Notes: generated by a model from the letters alone, not told the origin. Positions 1 through 14,002 are shown, counted from the first letter of the stretch. The stretch is DNA of 64,000 nt from Felis catus (GCF_018350175.1 NC_058368.1:174966001-175030000); one strand, 5' to 3'. Program-made: numbers and translations.

Positions 1-157
1 CCTCCCCTAAGTCGTTGTTTGTGCTTCTCGGACACTGACGGCTGCTATCCAAGCGCTTTCTGCGGGCCGGGCGCTACGGGTACACCCGTATTTAAGGCCC
101 TGGCGATTCTGGGGAGTTTGTTCTCATGATCGCCATCTCACTGACGGGTGAAATGCT

Positions 158-193
158 CTGGCCAAGATCCGCCAGCTGGCCAAGATCCGCCAG
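158..193. repeat. Perfect 18-bp tandem duplication (ctggccaagatccgccag x2)
   Basis: Read directly: copies at 158-175 and 176-193. Confidence 0.95.
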
Positions 194-859
194 CCCGGGA
201 CAGATTCTCACCCAGAGCCCTGACCCCACAACCCAGGCGCTTAACCCCCCCCCCCCCAGACACCCTTGGCACTTTTTACTTACTCATAGAGTTACCTGGC
301 TTTCTTCTTCTGCCCCCAGCACTCGTGAGCTCCCCGAGGGCATAGTCATGAGTCAGTCTTCAATTTGGTTGCCTGTTGAGGATTCTGTAAACCTTGTGTG
401 AACTTTGAGCCCGATTAAGTTGACATTCTCCTGATGGGGTTTCAGGCTGGGCGGGGCTTCGAATCTTCCCTGGGAATCTGGACAGAGAGACAAGAGGCAA
501 GAGGAGTGAGTATTCCACTTCAGGGGAGAAGGCGCTATCTTTCAAATCCTTCTAAAAATGAGGGTCCCGTTTGGAGCAGTGTCCTAGGGTAGTGGAGAGG
601 ACAGAGCGTGGGTTTGGCTCCATTTCTTTCCTCGTGGGTCCCTGGACAAACCTCCCCCCCTCCCCGAGCCCCTGTTTCCTTACCTGTAAAAACAGGGCGG
701 CTGGGAGGCTTCAGTGAAATAAAGACTATACGACGCCTGACCCTGGGCCTGGCACGTAGGAGGTCCTCCTACATCACAGTTGGCTTTCTGCCCACCTACT
801 CTCCTCTGCCTGCATTAGACACGCCTGCGTGAAAGGGCCATCTGCGTGTCGAACTTGAT

Positions 860-1010
860 CACTAGCAGGACGTCCTTGGGCAGCAAGTGACTCTTGAAAC
901 CTCGATTTCCTAATCTGTGAAAGGGGGATGATAATTGATTTACCACAGGCTTGTTAGGAGGGTTAATGAGATAACTTTCAGAAACGGCACCTGACACGTA
1001 GAAAATGATT
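860..1010 (+). mobile_element. MIR fragment
   Basis: ccttgggcagcaagtgact...cctcgatttcctaatctgtgaaagggggatgataat...gttaggagggttaatgagataa resembles the MIR core. Confidence 0.7.
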
Positions 1011-2929
1011 TGTGACAGGCGCCTGTATACGGCCTGTTCCTCGGTCAGGTCCGAATCATCTCATCCCTTCTTGTGGCCTTGCTTTCTTTCCCTTCTTGTT
1101 TGTCGCCACGGAAACATTTCAAATTCCGCAGCAAGTACCGGGTAGGAAGATGCAGAGATAGAACAAGAAAGCACAAAGTACAGAGTACTGTTTTTGTACT
1201 TTTTAGTACAAAGCCGAATACTCCTGACAGGGACGTAGCCTGAAATACCAAACCGAGGACAAAGACCTGGAAAATATGAGTGAAATTTAGAATCAATATG
1301 AAGATCTCTTCAAAGTCCCTCCCCCCCCCCTTTTTTTTTAACGTTCTCTAAATGTTAACAAGATAAATAATGATCTTAATCTGGAGAAAATCCAGGTTAC
1401 GGTGAGGTCCAGTTTGGCATCATGCACCTGTTCAGCAGCACCCACTGAGGCCCAGCAGATCCTCCTCGTGTTCCCAGTCTTGGTTGTTCCCAGACAAGGC
1501 ACCGGGGCTGTCTGGTGATGAGACAGAGGTGGGAGAGACACTGCTGCAGAAATAGAAAGGGGACAGCTCAGAAGAATTCCAGAAAAGACAATCGAGGAGG
1601 TCAAGTGCGCATTTCTGGTCACATCCCCAATGCTAGCATCGGAAACCGTGCCCTGGGATGTCACTGAGGGTTCGTTCTTGGCAAGCACAGAAACAGACAC
1701 TCGCTGACTGAGGCAGAGAAGGAACGCGTCGGAAGGGTGCGGAGCAGTTCGCAAAATGCAGAGGAAGGTCGACTTGGAAACGGACAGGAAGTGTGGTGGC
1801 TTTGGGGGCCCCGAGAGCCAGAGCTGCTGGGCTGCCTCATCATCGGTGATGGGAAGGAACGTGCCCCAACTCTTTCTTTGTTTTTCCTTTTTCTATGTCA
1901 CTTAGCTTACGATTCCAAGTTCAGGAAGAGAGAACTTGATCGTCATAGCCAAGGTCACTTGTCACCTGAGACTACGAGGCAAGAGGCAAGCTCTTCGGGC
2001 GACAGCCACATCATGGCCACAGCGACCGGGGGAGCAGTGATTCCCCAAGTAGAAATGAAAGTGACCTGGGGATGAAAGACTGTGGCATTCACGACACCGG
2101 CCACTACGGTGAGTACGTGAACTAGAGTAGAGACAATGATGCTCTAGTCCCATTCAGGTGTGCACGTATGAGTGTTTAGTCTGCCAAGCCCTACACCAGG
2201 TGCCGGAAGACTGGGGAGTAGGACTGGTTTGGAAGGAACTGAGCCCCAGATGGGAGCACAGATTCTCTGATGTCAAATCCCTGCCTCTAGGAGTGAATGG
2301 TCTACAGGTGGGAGGCACGTAAGCGGAGACAACTGGAGGAAAGGACAGAACGCCGGGTGCCTTGGGAGGTGGGTAATGGGGTAGATGCACGCTGATGTTC
2401 CCTGAAGGAATGGAGGTCAGAGATACAACAACAAGGAGAGCCTCACACAGCACCTGAAACGTCAGGAAGTCTTCCCCTCCTCCCCAAGCCATTTAGCTTC
2501 CCTCACCAAGCCAATCTCAAGACTCGCTTGGTCAAGATGTCTTCAGAACCAGATTATCCAAGCATAGAACGTCAAGCCAAGAGTGGGATGAATCAGGCAT
2601 GGGAAGCTGACTCCAACAGCCCCATCTGAAGAGGGTTAACATGGACGGGGCGCTCTCCTATCTTCTTCCCCAGAAGCCATCTGTCAGGAGCCCCGTGGCC
2701 TGCTGTCATGGTGGCCAGGCACACAGTAGGTGCTCAGTCAATGGTCATAGAAGCGGGGAAGAGGCAAAAGGACAGAAAGCAGGGGTGGAAAAAACCATAA
2801 CAAATGGGAGGGGGAAGTTTTAAGTGAACAAGGAATGGGCAAGTGGAAAATTGAATGAGTAAATGAATTCTACGAGGAGAAGGGAAGCAGGGAGGAATGG
2901 ATCCATGAAGGTTTCAGAAAATCTACACT

Positions 2930-3085
2930 GCCGTTTAGTAGCTATGGAATCCTGGGTCAATTACTTAACCTCTTGGGGCCTCAGTTTCCTCATCTGTAAA
3001 ATGGGGCTAATTCTGGCCCCTCCCCCTCAGGGTCGTTGTGAGGATCAAATGGGAAGGTGAACGCCAAGCGTTTAGCTCAGAGCAA
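2930..3085 (+). mobile_element. MIR fragment
   Basis: acttaacctcttggggcctcagtttcctcatctgtaaaatgggg...gttgtgaggatcaaatg is the canonical MIR core. Confidence 0.85.
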
Positions 3086-4689
3086 GAGACCATTGCTGCC
3101 CAGCTATGGTCACTCGTGGGCTAAAGGTCCAAGTGAGTGAACGGAGGAGTGAATAAACGAATAAGGAAAATGAAGAGAAGGCAGGAAAGAGCATGAGAAG
3201 ACAGTGGAAGGTCTTCCTGGGGCCCCCTGTTCATCCTCTGGTGGCCAGCGAGGGCTGGGGACTGTCTGCCTTGCAGACAGGCTCCCTCTCTCTCTCTCCC
3301 TGCGCAGGCTCAGCCTGTTTGATTTCAGGAGGAAGATAAGATGCCCCGGCTGCTTTTTCATCTTCTGTGTCTCCAGGCCCTCCCCCAGCTCACCACCCCC
3401 TTGGCAATTGGGGCCTTCAAAGTTCCTGCTGGCTCCAGATCTACAGATAATCGTTTACTGTAATCCTACCCAGGAAAGAAGCTGATAAAGTCCAGATGGG
3501 TGTGAGGTCTTCCAACTCACTTTCTCTGGCCAGATAACACTGGGGCCTTGCAGGAGACCCCTCTCTCTTGGGGACAGAGGCAGAGTGGCCGGTGTTGCGT
3601 AAGCTCATGCATTTGGGAACGGGCTGTCATTTATTAGGGGAGCGCCTTTCTTTCTTGGGAGAGTGGGGGAGGTGGAGAAGGAGCACTAGATTTGGAGTCA
3701 CAGCAGATTGAATCCCAATTCCAGCTCTGTACTATTCAGGATGCCAGCACGAATCCCCATTTTCCAGGGTAGTGTGTGAGTGCTCGGGGATGCGCTTTGT
3801 GTGGAAAAACCGGGGTCGGGGGAAGGTTCAGGTCCTGTCTCGTTTCTATGAGGGCCTGGCTCGTTGGCTAGACTTCCCCATACGGCCCAGGAAGGCTCCC
3901 CCAGCAGCTGAACCCCAGGATGAAGACCGGCCCTCGGGAAAGACATGGAGCCCTGCCTGGGCTTGAATGAAACTATCTCATTCACGGGCTGTGTGACTTT
4001 TCGCAGGTTGCCAGACCTCTCTGGGTTTCTGGGTCCTCGTCCGCAAAGGGCCTGCTAATAATCCCCCCATCATTGTCTGGCCGCAAAGACTCAAATGAAA
4101 TAGCAGACAAGCCAGGGTGCTGCGATTAGAAAAATATGCAAAAGTGAGATGTCACCTTCTCTTCGGGCCGTACTGGGCTCGTGCTCCCCGAAAGTGGAGA
4201 GGCCACACGGTTCGACCTGGCCCCGGGCATGCTGGGATTGCCTACCCTAGTGCCGCATCCAGGGAGGACCGACTCATTTGTGAGGGGTGACTCTCGGACC
4301 CATTTGCTCAAGATATGACGCTGCAGGAAGCCCTCACCACCCATCTACAGGTCTGGTCTCGGAGCTTCTGGGTCTGATGAGGGCCCGAGGTCCCAAGGCC
4401 TGACTGCCCAGCCTGGGTGTAGCCCCAGGGGCACGGGCAGGACTCACAGGGGCAGGGGAAGCTCTGAACACACCCCACAAAGGGGCAGGGATAAGGGACT
4501 CGCTGGGGCCCTGAGGGGGGAGGCCTGATTTGGCAGTGATTCCCCCCGCTCTGACTTATTTTCACATCCCTTTCAGAGACCCATTATGTAAATCCATCCA
4601 GATTCAAGATCTGACCCTACCTACTTCTAAGAGGATTTAGGGTATTTTAAGATTCAAGCCCAGAGCAAAAGAAGACTTTTAAAGAGATC

Positions 4690-5310
4690 GTCAGCTGCTC
4701 AATCTCATAATGAGAAAAACACAATCGAAACTACAAGAGATGCCCTTTTCACCTCTCAGATTGGCAGATTTGAAGCCAGAAAATACCCGGTGCGGGTAAG
4801 TTTGTAAGGAAACAGGCACGCTCCCTGCTGTTGGAGGAAATAAAACCTGTGTCTCACCACTAAGGAGGGCCATCGGGTTCTAGTTGTTGACATTAAAATG
4901 TGCTGTCCTTCGGCCCGGCGATCCTAGGGATTTCTCCCCCACTTACACTTACAAACACGAACAAAGGCATTAATCCAAGAATATTGATTGCAGGATCATA
5001 TGTTGAGAAGAAAATGGAAACCATCTAAATGCCCATTAATCGGGAACAGGTTAAGCAAATCATACTGTAGCTATTCAAAAACCAGTAACACAAGCTAGGG
5101 CAGAGCTGTGTGTCTAGAATGTTCCTCAGGGCCTGTGCGCGAAGGATCACACAGATTTGTATATGCACAAACTAGCTTGGGGACCGATCGCAGATGTTGC
5201 CTCTGGGGAGGGAAACTCGCGCCTGAGGCTCAGAGAAGAGAGGAAGATTTACCCTTCCCCGTACTTTCAAACCGTGATTTTCTTTTTACTAGATGCACGT
5301 ATGAGTTACT
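4690..5310 (+). mobile_element. Old L1 (L1ME-like) ORF2 end / 3' UTR fragment
   Basis: Degenerate L1 3' motifs: ttttcacctctcagattggca, ggaaacaggcacgctc, tggaaaccatctaaatgcccattaatcgggaacaggttaa. Confidence 0.7.
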
Positions 5311-7179
5311 AAACCAAACAGAGATCGAAAGACCCCGCACGTAAAAAGCAAACAAGGTGATATCAACAGCCGCAAAACAGTCCCCACAGAGAACCCATCT
5401 GAAATTCACCATAGAACAAGCATGGCAGTTTGCCTGGCCAGACCCTCGACAAACATTGAAAGAAATAAATTGCAATTGTCACAGGAAGCCGGCAGAGTAA
5501 ACGCTCTCTGGTACTGGAGCCAAACGGTTTTACGACGCTCGTGCAATATATTTTGCCGTCAACTTGCTGATGCAAAGACAAAACGGCAAACGGGCTGTGC
5601 CGCATAGTTTGCATTTTCTGACATCACAAAGGCCCTGGGTCGGTCTCCGGAGATAACATTTCTTCTGAACCAACAAACAATGAGCAGTTTCCCCCTCGTT
5701 CTCTGGGACTCTCCCTGAGAATCGGTAACGCCTATGCTTACTCCACTCCAGGTAGAAACGCAGCCCTTGTGTGCACGTGCCTTACGGCCGCATGTGGGTG
5801 AATTTCACAGGGGTGCTGTATTCCCCCCCCCCTTTCACAAGGGAGAAGGGGACCGCTCGGTGATGCCAGGGACGCTGGAATAAGAGACCAGAGTTTGAAT
5901 CCATCCCGGCCCAACGTGCCGTGAATGGCTGGGTGGCTTTGAACAAGTGACATAACATCGCCGACCGTCAAGTATCCAATCTTTGAAATGGACCTGATGA
6001 CAACAAATGGGATACGGTGCCTGGATGGGATCTCTGAGCTTCAATGGCTTTTAGATACCCAGGAAGCAGATTCAAGATCTCTTGGCCACGGGTGAAGTGG
6101 AACCCTGTTGCTCCACCCGGGTCTGGGCAGCGTTAACCAGAATAAACCATTCTGGGCTCATCATGTCTACAACGGAGCAGCAAATTCTAAAAGGAACAAC
6201 AAAAAAATGTCTGCAGAAGGAAAGTACTCACTGATGTGTGTGATGTCATCTCCGAGCCTCCGTTCCCTCATCAGCAAAATAGGCAGAATAACCTTTGTCT
6301 AGTGTTGTCAGGATTGACTGGAAGTCTATGGTCCCAGAACATAGTAGGTGCTTTGTAGGCATTCAATAAGCATTAATTTCTCTTCCTCATTTTTTTTTTT
6401 TTTTTTTTTAAGAATGGAGAAGAGATGCTGGGCCGATGACTTTCACCTTCACGTGCTGCTCAATACGGTAAATATCCAGAGCAGTTACAATGACTATCCT
6501 GCCTCTGGATTAATGGAGAACATCCAGCTCCATTCAGACACGAGAGCGCACTTTCCCTGGGAGCCGTGGGCCAAGCCTGGTTACGTGCAGCGGCTACGAA
6601 TCACACACCGTAGAGTCCTGGCATTATTTTCCATTTTCTGCCCGCACAACATCCAGTAAAAACGCAGCCACGTTAACCTATCACTCACGGATGGAACCGA
6701 GGATCTTGCAGGCGAATGGCACCATGGGTCCCAGGTTGTTTCGCCCTGGGTGAGTCGTATTACACCAAGACGTGTTTGGCCGCAAGTAACCTTACTCAAG
6801 GGGTAACTGGTTCCGCGGCCAAATGATGACGTCGGAGACCCGGGCTCTTTTTAATCGTTCCAGCCTGCCATCTGTACAACTAGCTTCACCCTCCAACTGG
6901 TAGCAAGATGCTTGCTGCAGACCCAAGGTGCTGTCTCGACACTGAAACGTCCTGAGGAATAAAAGAGAGACCATCACTCTCTCTCGTTCTGTTTTAGGAG
7001 CAAGGAAATTCTCCCCAGAATTTGTGGACTTTGCACACCCTCGTAGCCAGAACCGGGTCCCATGCTCTCCCCCGAACGGATAGAGGCAAAGGGCTATCTT
7101 TGGACCGGTCCGGCTCACCCCTGGAGGTGGGAGCTGCGACGGATGCCCAGGACAACCAATGGTGTCTCTTACATTGCCG

Positions 7180-7681
7180 TGTGCAGACAGACCTTAAGGT
7201 GGCTCCCCCCACGAGCCCTTTCTTCCCTACACCTTTGCAGCGAGGACAGAGCCTGTGACCTAGCTTCGATCAGCAGAACATGATGAAGGTAATGAAACAT
7301 CGTTCCTGTGATTATGTCATCCTACGTAAGATGCCATGTTGCTAGCATGCTCGTTCTAGAGACTCTCCTTGCTGGCAGCCATGTTGGAAAGCCTACGTGT
7401 CCAGGAACCGCGGGCAGCCTCTAGAAGCTGAGGACGCTTCCCAGCTGACCGCCAACTGCCAGCAAGAAGCTGGGGCCCTCCGTCTTCTAATCACAAGCCA
7501 AAGCCAAGTTTGAAAGCGGATTCTTCCCCAGCAAGCCAGCAGGTGAAATCACAGCGTGGCTCCAACCTCAACTGCAGCCTTGGGAGGCCTGAAGTAGGAC
7601 ACCCAGCTAAAATACACATCTGTGCTGTTTTAAGCTGATATGTTTGTGACAATTTGCTACACAGCAGTCGAAGACTAATAT
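7180..7681 (+). mobile_element. MaLR solo LTR (MLT1E-like)
   Basis: MLT1 motifs gcagcctctagaagctga and gcggattcttccccag; 3' end gttttaagctg...tttgtgacaatttgctacacagcag...actaata. Confidence 0.8.
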
Positions 7682-7722
7682 GGTCGGGGTCCTTCTTGTT
7701 TTAATGAGATTGAAAACAATTC

Positions 7723-7957
7723 ATTTTCTTTCTTTCTTTTTTTTTAATTTTTTTTTAACGTTTATTTATTTTTGAGACAGGGAGAGACAGAGCATGAACA
7801 GGGGAGGGTCAGAGAGAGTGAGACACAGAATCTGAAACAGGCTCCAGGCTCTGAGCTGTCAGCACAGAGCCTGACGCGGGGCTCGAACCCACGAACTGTG
7901 AGATCGTGACCTGAGCCGAAGTCGGACGCTTCACCGACTGAGCCACCCAGGGGCCCC
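7723..7957 (-). mobile_element. Felid CanSINE (SINEC_Fc-type)
   Basis: Full reverse-complement SINE: T-rich tail, (GA)n, B box, head ...gagccacccaggggcccc. No TSD seen. Confidence 0.95.
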
Positions 7958-8619
7958 ACCCTGACTGAGCTTTTTAAGACTCCAGTGTCAGTCTTGTTTG
8001 TTTGTTGTTCGTCTATCTTACTGGAATCAAGATGCTTTTCTAAGGGTCACCAACTTTTGTGGTCTACGGGGTGCGGACCCGGATAGAGGCAGAGGAAGTG
8101 TCCGTGGCAAAGAGGCCCATCACACAATGACAGCAAGACAACCAAGCAAAGACACGGCAGCAGCAGCAAAAGCAAAACCTTTGAGTCGGGTGGCACAAGC
8201 CGATGCATCTCAGTTTCTGATCTCAGAGTCTCTCCGGCCAAGTGCTTCCGCTTCTGTGAATCTGGAAGGTAGCTGCCCGAAGCCAGCCACAGGCCAGCGA
8301 GGAGGGCCCAGCTACTGCGACCCATGTCACGAACTACTTTGCCAAAACTTGAGGTCACGTGGCACTGGACAGTACTCCCCAGAGCCGTGAGTCTGGCGGG
8401 CTCCAGGATGATTCTGGAACACAATGCGATCTAGGCTCGCCGCTCTGTCCCGACTTACAACTGCACAGATATTTCCCTATTACCTGTCGGTGCAAACATC
8501 GCTCCCCTACCACCCCCACCCCCGGTTTGCTCTCAGTCACAATTCCCTTTCTTGGTCCCAGCGGGAAAGGAAGCTATTCGCAGCCGTGTTCTTATGCAAT
8601 AACGTTGGAGTCCGGTCCA

Positions 8620-8765
8620 AGTGTGGATTCCAACCCTGCCACTTCCAGCCATGTGATTTAGCACACACTTCTTGACCTCCTTCTGCTTCAGTTTCGCCAC
8701 CTGTTGAATGAGGGCAATAATAGTACCAGCTTCCGGGGTTGTTGTGTGGTTGGAAAGAAACGATG
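8620..8765 (+). mobile_element. MIR fragment
   Basis: ttccaaccctgccacttccagccatgtgattt...cttcagtttcgccacctgttgaatgagggcaataatagtacc. Confidence 0.7.
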
Positions 8766-9039
8766 GATGGCTAGGGCTTGGGGCAGGGCCTGCAAGACGG
8801 GGGCGGCTCATGCCTGGGTCCCTTTCTCCCGGCCCCACTGAGTGCATTGGGTTCAGCGTCTCACAGCTGCAAATCACCACAGAGTATAGTGCTTCGAGAA
8901 AGCTTTAATGTGGCTGCGAGTTCCCCCCCGGGGAGTGCTAAAGATGCAGATGCTGAAGATGCTGCTTGGGTTTCTTGTCTTGTCTTTTCTTCTTCTTTTT
9001 TTTTTTTTTTTTTTTTTTTGGAACTTAGGTTTCTTGCCA

Positions 9040-9277
9040 AGATGGCCACTAGGACTCATCCCCTGCCAATGTCTGCCATGTTGGACACGGTCCAGTGTTG
9101 CCACATTTTCCACGTTTTGCAAAGGAATCCAAAAATGTAGAAATCAGTATCAAACCTCCTGAGTTTTAGAAGTTGGGTAACAGCGTAACGGTTAAAAACA
9201 CTTGTTACACTCACGTTGGCCAAATGACACGTGTCTACACCCCCGTGGTGCCCCGTGGACTGCCGGCTGGGCACCTT
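9040..9277 (+). mobile_element. hAT-Charlie MITE (MER102-like)
   Basis: gttgccacattttcc...aacctcctgagttttagaagttgg...aaaaacact...ggccaaatgacacgtgtct...gccccgtggactgccggctggg resembles the MER102 3' half. Confidence 0.6.
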
Positions 9278-10794
9278 AAGGCTGATGCCACCTTCTCATT
9301 TGACGGATGGAGTAACCGGGGACCTGAGCGGGGAGGGGAGTTGTCAAGGACTGGGCAGCCAAGGGAGTCTTGGAACCAGGGCCGGACTCCACTCCTGCTC
9401 TGTCGTGATCAGTGCTCTTCCCCAGGTATGGAGAGCAGGACGATGCTCTGGAAGCATCGAAGGCTTCCTCCCAGGCAGCTCTCCAGGCTCTGTGTGCTGA
9501 GCCTCCCGATCTGGCTCCACGACTGGCTGGGAGATCCGGAGAGGGCCCCTGGGCCGAGGCAAAGCCTGGAACTAAGCTTACTCATCCCTCCGCTGCCACC
9601 TTCTTCTTTGATGTCTTGATGTTCCAGTTCTGGCACCCGTGAGGCACCGGCACCAGGCTGCCTGCCCCAGCAGCCTCCTCACACCAGAACAGCTCTTGGC
9701 AGGGCTTTCCGGGGACTTCAAAGGTGGAAAATTGCCCTGGGATAGCTTCTCGAAGGCGCCTTCCCAGTGTGAGCACTGCGAGGGGAGAATAGAGATCAAA
9801 GCAGGGCCAAGGTTCGGTTATAGGGAAAATGGCGGCAGGCCTGCTCTCTGCTGGGTGGAGGGGGTGGAGGGCCCCGGGGGCCGTCCAGAGTCAGTGCGGT
9901 CAGAATCAGAGAATGACTTCCCTCCGGTCCCCCTCTGGGTCTGCCCAGGGACTATTCAGGGTAAGTTTTCTCACTCCGTCTCCTGAGCCCGTGGCTTTTT
10001 CTTTGGTTCTCCTGGGCCTCCTCAGGCACAGCCCTGAGTCTGAGGAGGAGGAACGCCTCGGTCCCACCTGCTGGAAGCCTGTGACTGCGGGAAGGCAGGG
10101 CAGCAGGCCAAGTGCTGATAAATCTCTTCCTCCTGGGAAGCGCCAGGCAGTGCCCCCAAAGGGGAAGTGATCTGTGGGCCAATCTGCTAATGATTTATGG
10201 CTGGGTCCTTAGGCCTGGCACCCGTGGCACCGGCTGCAGCCGGGCTGTCTGGAGAATCTTCCCGGCGGGCATCAGGGAGCGCGAGGTAGGAAACCAAGCT
10301 CCCAGCTGCCAGCCGCCGGTCATTGCTACCCTCACAGCCCCCAGAGGACTGCTTTTGTGGGTTTGTTTTGTTTTCACAGCAGGCAGGCTATGAGGCTGTG
10401 GTCCAGTAAAGGCTGGGGGAAGCGCTGAGACTGGGGGGAGTATGCGGAGGGCGTGCTGGCGCTCAGCTCCGGGGCCTGCGCGGGGCTGTCCGAATGATCT
10501 GGAGGTTCCGCGCCCAGCACCTGGACGGAGAGGAGGAGCTCAGCTCCGCTCGGGCTCCTGCACTGCCCCCTGCCCGGTGTTCGACATGAACGAATGAATT
10601 ATTTGCAAACGTCATAAGGGCCCCCGGTAAAAATTTCAAACCAGCTTGAAATGACAAAGTGAATCCCTCCCCCATGGCCAATCGCACCCCCCCCTCCCGC
10701 CCCCAAGAGAGAAACAACGCCGGAAGTTTCCTGTTCTGGAGAACACATATTTTGTTAAACGAAGTAGGTACGCTCTTGTCCAACTTCATTTCTC

Positions 10795-10990
10795 TTTCAC
10801 ATCGCTCTCCGCAGTGAGCAGCTACATCATTTTAGGCAACTGCACAGTACTCTATTGTATGAACGTGCTGTGATTTATTAATCAGCTCTCTGTGGATGAT
10901 CTTTCTGACTGCGTCTAGTTTTTCACTCTTATAATCAAGTGACAATGGGCATTTGTGTGTCATACAGTGCTTTACTTGTCCGAGTGTGTC
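10795..10990 (-). mobile_element. Old L1 (L1ME-like) fragment
   Basis: ctgcacagtactctattgtatgaacgtgctgtgatttattaatcag...tctagtttttcactcttataa. Confidence 0.65.
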
Positions 10991-11327
10991 TCTGGATGTC
11001 TTTTAAAGTTTGTACCGAGCGCATGCAAAAATTGTTTTCCCAGCGACGCTTTGAGGGAGGGATGATGGCACCCATTTTACAGATGGAGAAACTAAACAAG
11101 CGACTTTCCCTGGGTCGCATTTCTAGCATTTAGGGCAATCATTCATTCAACAGATGTTGACTGAGCGTGACTAGTGTGCTTTCCAGACACAGCGCCAGAC
11201 CCTGGATGAGCCAACAGCCGAAGTCTTGCCCTCTTGGTGTTAACTGTGCGGTGGGGGAGCTTGGGTATGTACGAACTATGCGAAACACTTTGAAGAAAAA
11301 GTCAGGGTGTTACAAAAGGAAATGACA

Positions 11328-11543
11328 GGGGCGCCTGGGTGGCTCAGGCACTTAAGCGTCCGGCTCCGGCTCAGGTCATGATCTCACGGTTCGTGGGCTC
11401 GAGCCCCGTGTCGGGCTCTGTGCTGATGGCTCAGAGCCTGGAGCCTGCTTCGGAGGCTGGGTCTCCCTCTCTCTCTGCCCCTCCCCTGCTTGTGCTCTCA
11501 TTCTCTCTCAAAAATAAATTAAAAAAAAACATTAAAAATATTT
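11328..11543 (+). mobile_element. Felid CanSINE
   Basis: ggggcgcctgggtggctcag head and A tail; approximate TSD aaaaggaaatgaca / aaaagagaatgaca. Confidence 0.95.
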
Positions 11544-11610
11544 AAAAGAGAATGACAGGTGGACCGCATACAGATTGTACAGTCAGAGAGGGCTACGTTT
11601 AAGTCAAGAT

Positions 11611-12058
11611 GTTGACTGGATTGAATGTTTACGTGCGGAATGTTTCAGCAAGCCAACATGCTGAAACTTAATGCCCTGTGTGCTGGTATTTGGGAGAGGG
11701 GCCTCTGGGAGGTGACTGGGGATGAGTACCCTTATGAAAGAGACCCCGGGGAGCTCCCTTGGCCCTTCTGCCATGGGAGGCAGAAATGTAAAGACGTCCA
11801 TCGATGCATCAGGAGGTGGGCCCTCACCAGACATCGAGTCTGCCAGAGCCCATGACCTTGGCTTCCTAGCCTCCAGAGCCATGAGAAATAAATTTCTGTT
11901 GTTTACGAGTCACCTAGTCTACCGTATTTTTATTTCTTATTTTATTTTATTTATTATTACTTATTTATTATATTTTTATTATTTATTATCATTTCTTATT
12001 TCTTATTTTATTTTATTTTTTTAGTGTTCTGTTACAGCAGCCTGAATGGACCAAACCA
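11611..12058 (+). mobile_element. MaLR solo LTR (MLT1A/MLT1A0-like) with an internal T-rich expansion (11926-12022)
   Basis: gggccctcaccagacatcgagtctgcc...ccttggcttcctagcctccagagccatgagaaataaatttctgttgttta...tgttacagcagcctgaatggac. Confidence 0.88.
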
Positions 12059-12299
12059 GATGGGAAGGAGGAGCAGGGGTTGGCTGGGCGAGATTGTGAG
12101 AATGATAAGGCTCTAGGGCGAGGCACGGGGCCTCAAGGACCATGGAGAGGGACTCTGGGTTTGATAAAAATGCAGTGGGAGGACACTGGGGCCAGAGAAG
12201 CTCTTTTGGGGGGGGCCCTACGGCTACCCTGACAGAGCCTGGAATAAAATCAAACCAGACTCTAGTGAAGTCTGACCTTTCACGTTAGAACAGTCATGA

Positions 12300-12480
12300 T
12301 AACAATGAGTTAGCATTTGTCGAATATGCTCTAGGTGCCTGCCACCGTGTTTAGCATTTTTCACATGCTATGTACTTTGGTATTTATAACAACCCTTTGA
12401 GGTAAGTACTATTGCCATCCTTCCCCTTCTATAGATGAGAAAACTGAGACCAGCGAGACGAAGTGATCATCCAGCTGGTT
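12300..12480 (-). mobile_element. MIR fragment
   Basis: aacaaccctttgaggtaagtactatt...atagatgagaaaactgagac. Confidence 0.8.
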
Positions 12481-13411
12481 GAGTACACATGGTACATTTG
12501 TCAAGATAGGCCACGTCTTGGGCCATACAACAAGTCTCAGTAAAAGGATCAAAGTCATACAAAGTGTTTTCGGACCGCAGCGGAATTAAACGAGAAACCA
12601 ATAATAATCAGATAGCTGGAAAAGAAACCCCAAATACGTGGACATTAAATGATACATCACCAAGTAATTCATGGACTGAAGGCACCCTCATGAGGCAAAT
12701 TAGGAAATATTTTACCTAAAATACAACAAAACTCTTACATATTAAAATGTGAGCAAAGCAGCTAAAGTAGTGTTTAGAGGAAAAGTTATAGCTTTAAATG
12801 CTTATATGAGAAACAAAGAAATATCTAAAGTCGATGAGTTACGCTTCCACCTTAAGAAATTAGGAATACAGAACAAAGTAAACTAAAAGTAAATCTAAAA
12901 AAGGAAATTACAAGACAGAAAATACAAAAAAAATTAGCGAAGTCTAAATTTCGTTCTCTAAAAATAGTCAACAAACCTCTAACTAGACTAGTCCAAGAAA
13001 AAAAAAGTATTTCAATCATCAGTATCAGAAACACAAAAGGGATTATCATGACAGATAATATAGACATTAAAAGGACAATAAGAAAATACTATGAACAGCT
13101 TTATGCTAACAAATTTGAAAAATGCAATGAAATAGACGAATGTTTTGAAAAATAAAACCAACCAAAATTAATACAGTAGAAATTTAAATAGCCCCAGGTC
13201 TATTAACAAAAATTGAATTTGTTATTAAAAACTTTCCTAAAAAGAAATATCAGGTCTAAATGGTTTCACTGGTGAAGGCTATCAAACATTCAAAGAAGAA
13301 ACAGCACCAACATTGCACAAATGTTTTTAAAATATAGAGAAGGAAGGATCACTGCCTGTTTTGTGAGTCCAGTATACCATCAATACCAAAACCTGACAAA
13401 GACTTAAAAAT

Positions 13412-13414
13412 AAG

Positions 13415-13445
<31 letters not shown>

Positions 13446-13537
13446 AAGAAAGAGAGAAAGAGAAGGAGGGAAGGAGGAAGGAAGGAAGAAAGAAAGAGAA
13501 AGAAAGAAAGAGAGAAAGAAAGGGGAAAGAAAGAGGA

Positions 13538-13577
<40 letters not shown>

Positions 13578-13652
13578 AAAGAAAGAGAAAGAAGGAAAGA
13601 GAGGGAGGGAAGGAGGAAGGAAGGAAGAAAGAAAGAGAGAAAGAGAGAAGGA

Positions 13653-13692
<40 letters not shown>

Positions 13693-13712
13693 GAAAGAGA
13701 GGGAGGGAAGGA

Positions 13713-13754
<42 letters not shown>

Positions 13755-13902
13755 GAGAAAGAAAGAAAGAAAGAGAGAAAGAAAGAGAGAAAGAGAAAGA
13801 AAGAGAAAGAGGAAGGGAAGGAGGAAGGAAGGAAGGAAGAAAGAAAGAAAGAAAGAAAGAGAGAAAGAAAGAGAGAAAGAAAGAGGAAAGAAAGAAAGAG
13901 GA

Positions 13903-13938
<36 letters not shown>

Positions 13939-14002
13939 GAAAGAAGGAAAGAGAGGGAGGGAAGGAGGAAGGAAGGAAGAAAGAAAGGAAGGAAGGAAGG
14001 AA

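Larger units (their letters stand above)
11137..12200 (-). mobile_element. L2 3' fragment interrupted by a SINE and an MLT1A LTR
   Basis: Starts with the L2 terminus caatcattcattcaacagatgttgactgagc; L2-like sequence resumes after 12060 (gggcctcaaggaccatgg...aatgcagtggga). Confidence 0.6.

Noticed and set aside
10180..10560. GC/CpG-rich patch as a CpG-island promoter
   Set aside because: It is short, CpGs are fairly frequent across the whole window, and no downstream exon is identifiable.
11328..11410. tRNA-like A/B boxes (tggctcag...; g.tcgagccc)
   Set aside because: They are the tRNA-derived heads of SINEs, followed by (CT)n and A tails, not tRNA genes.
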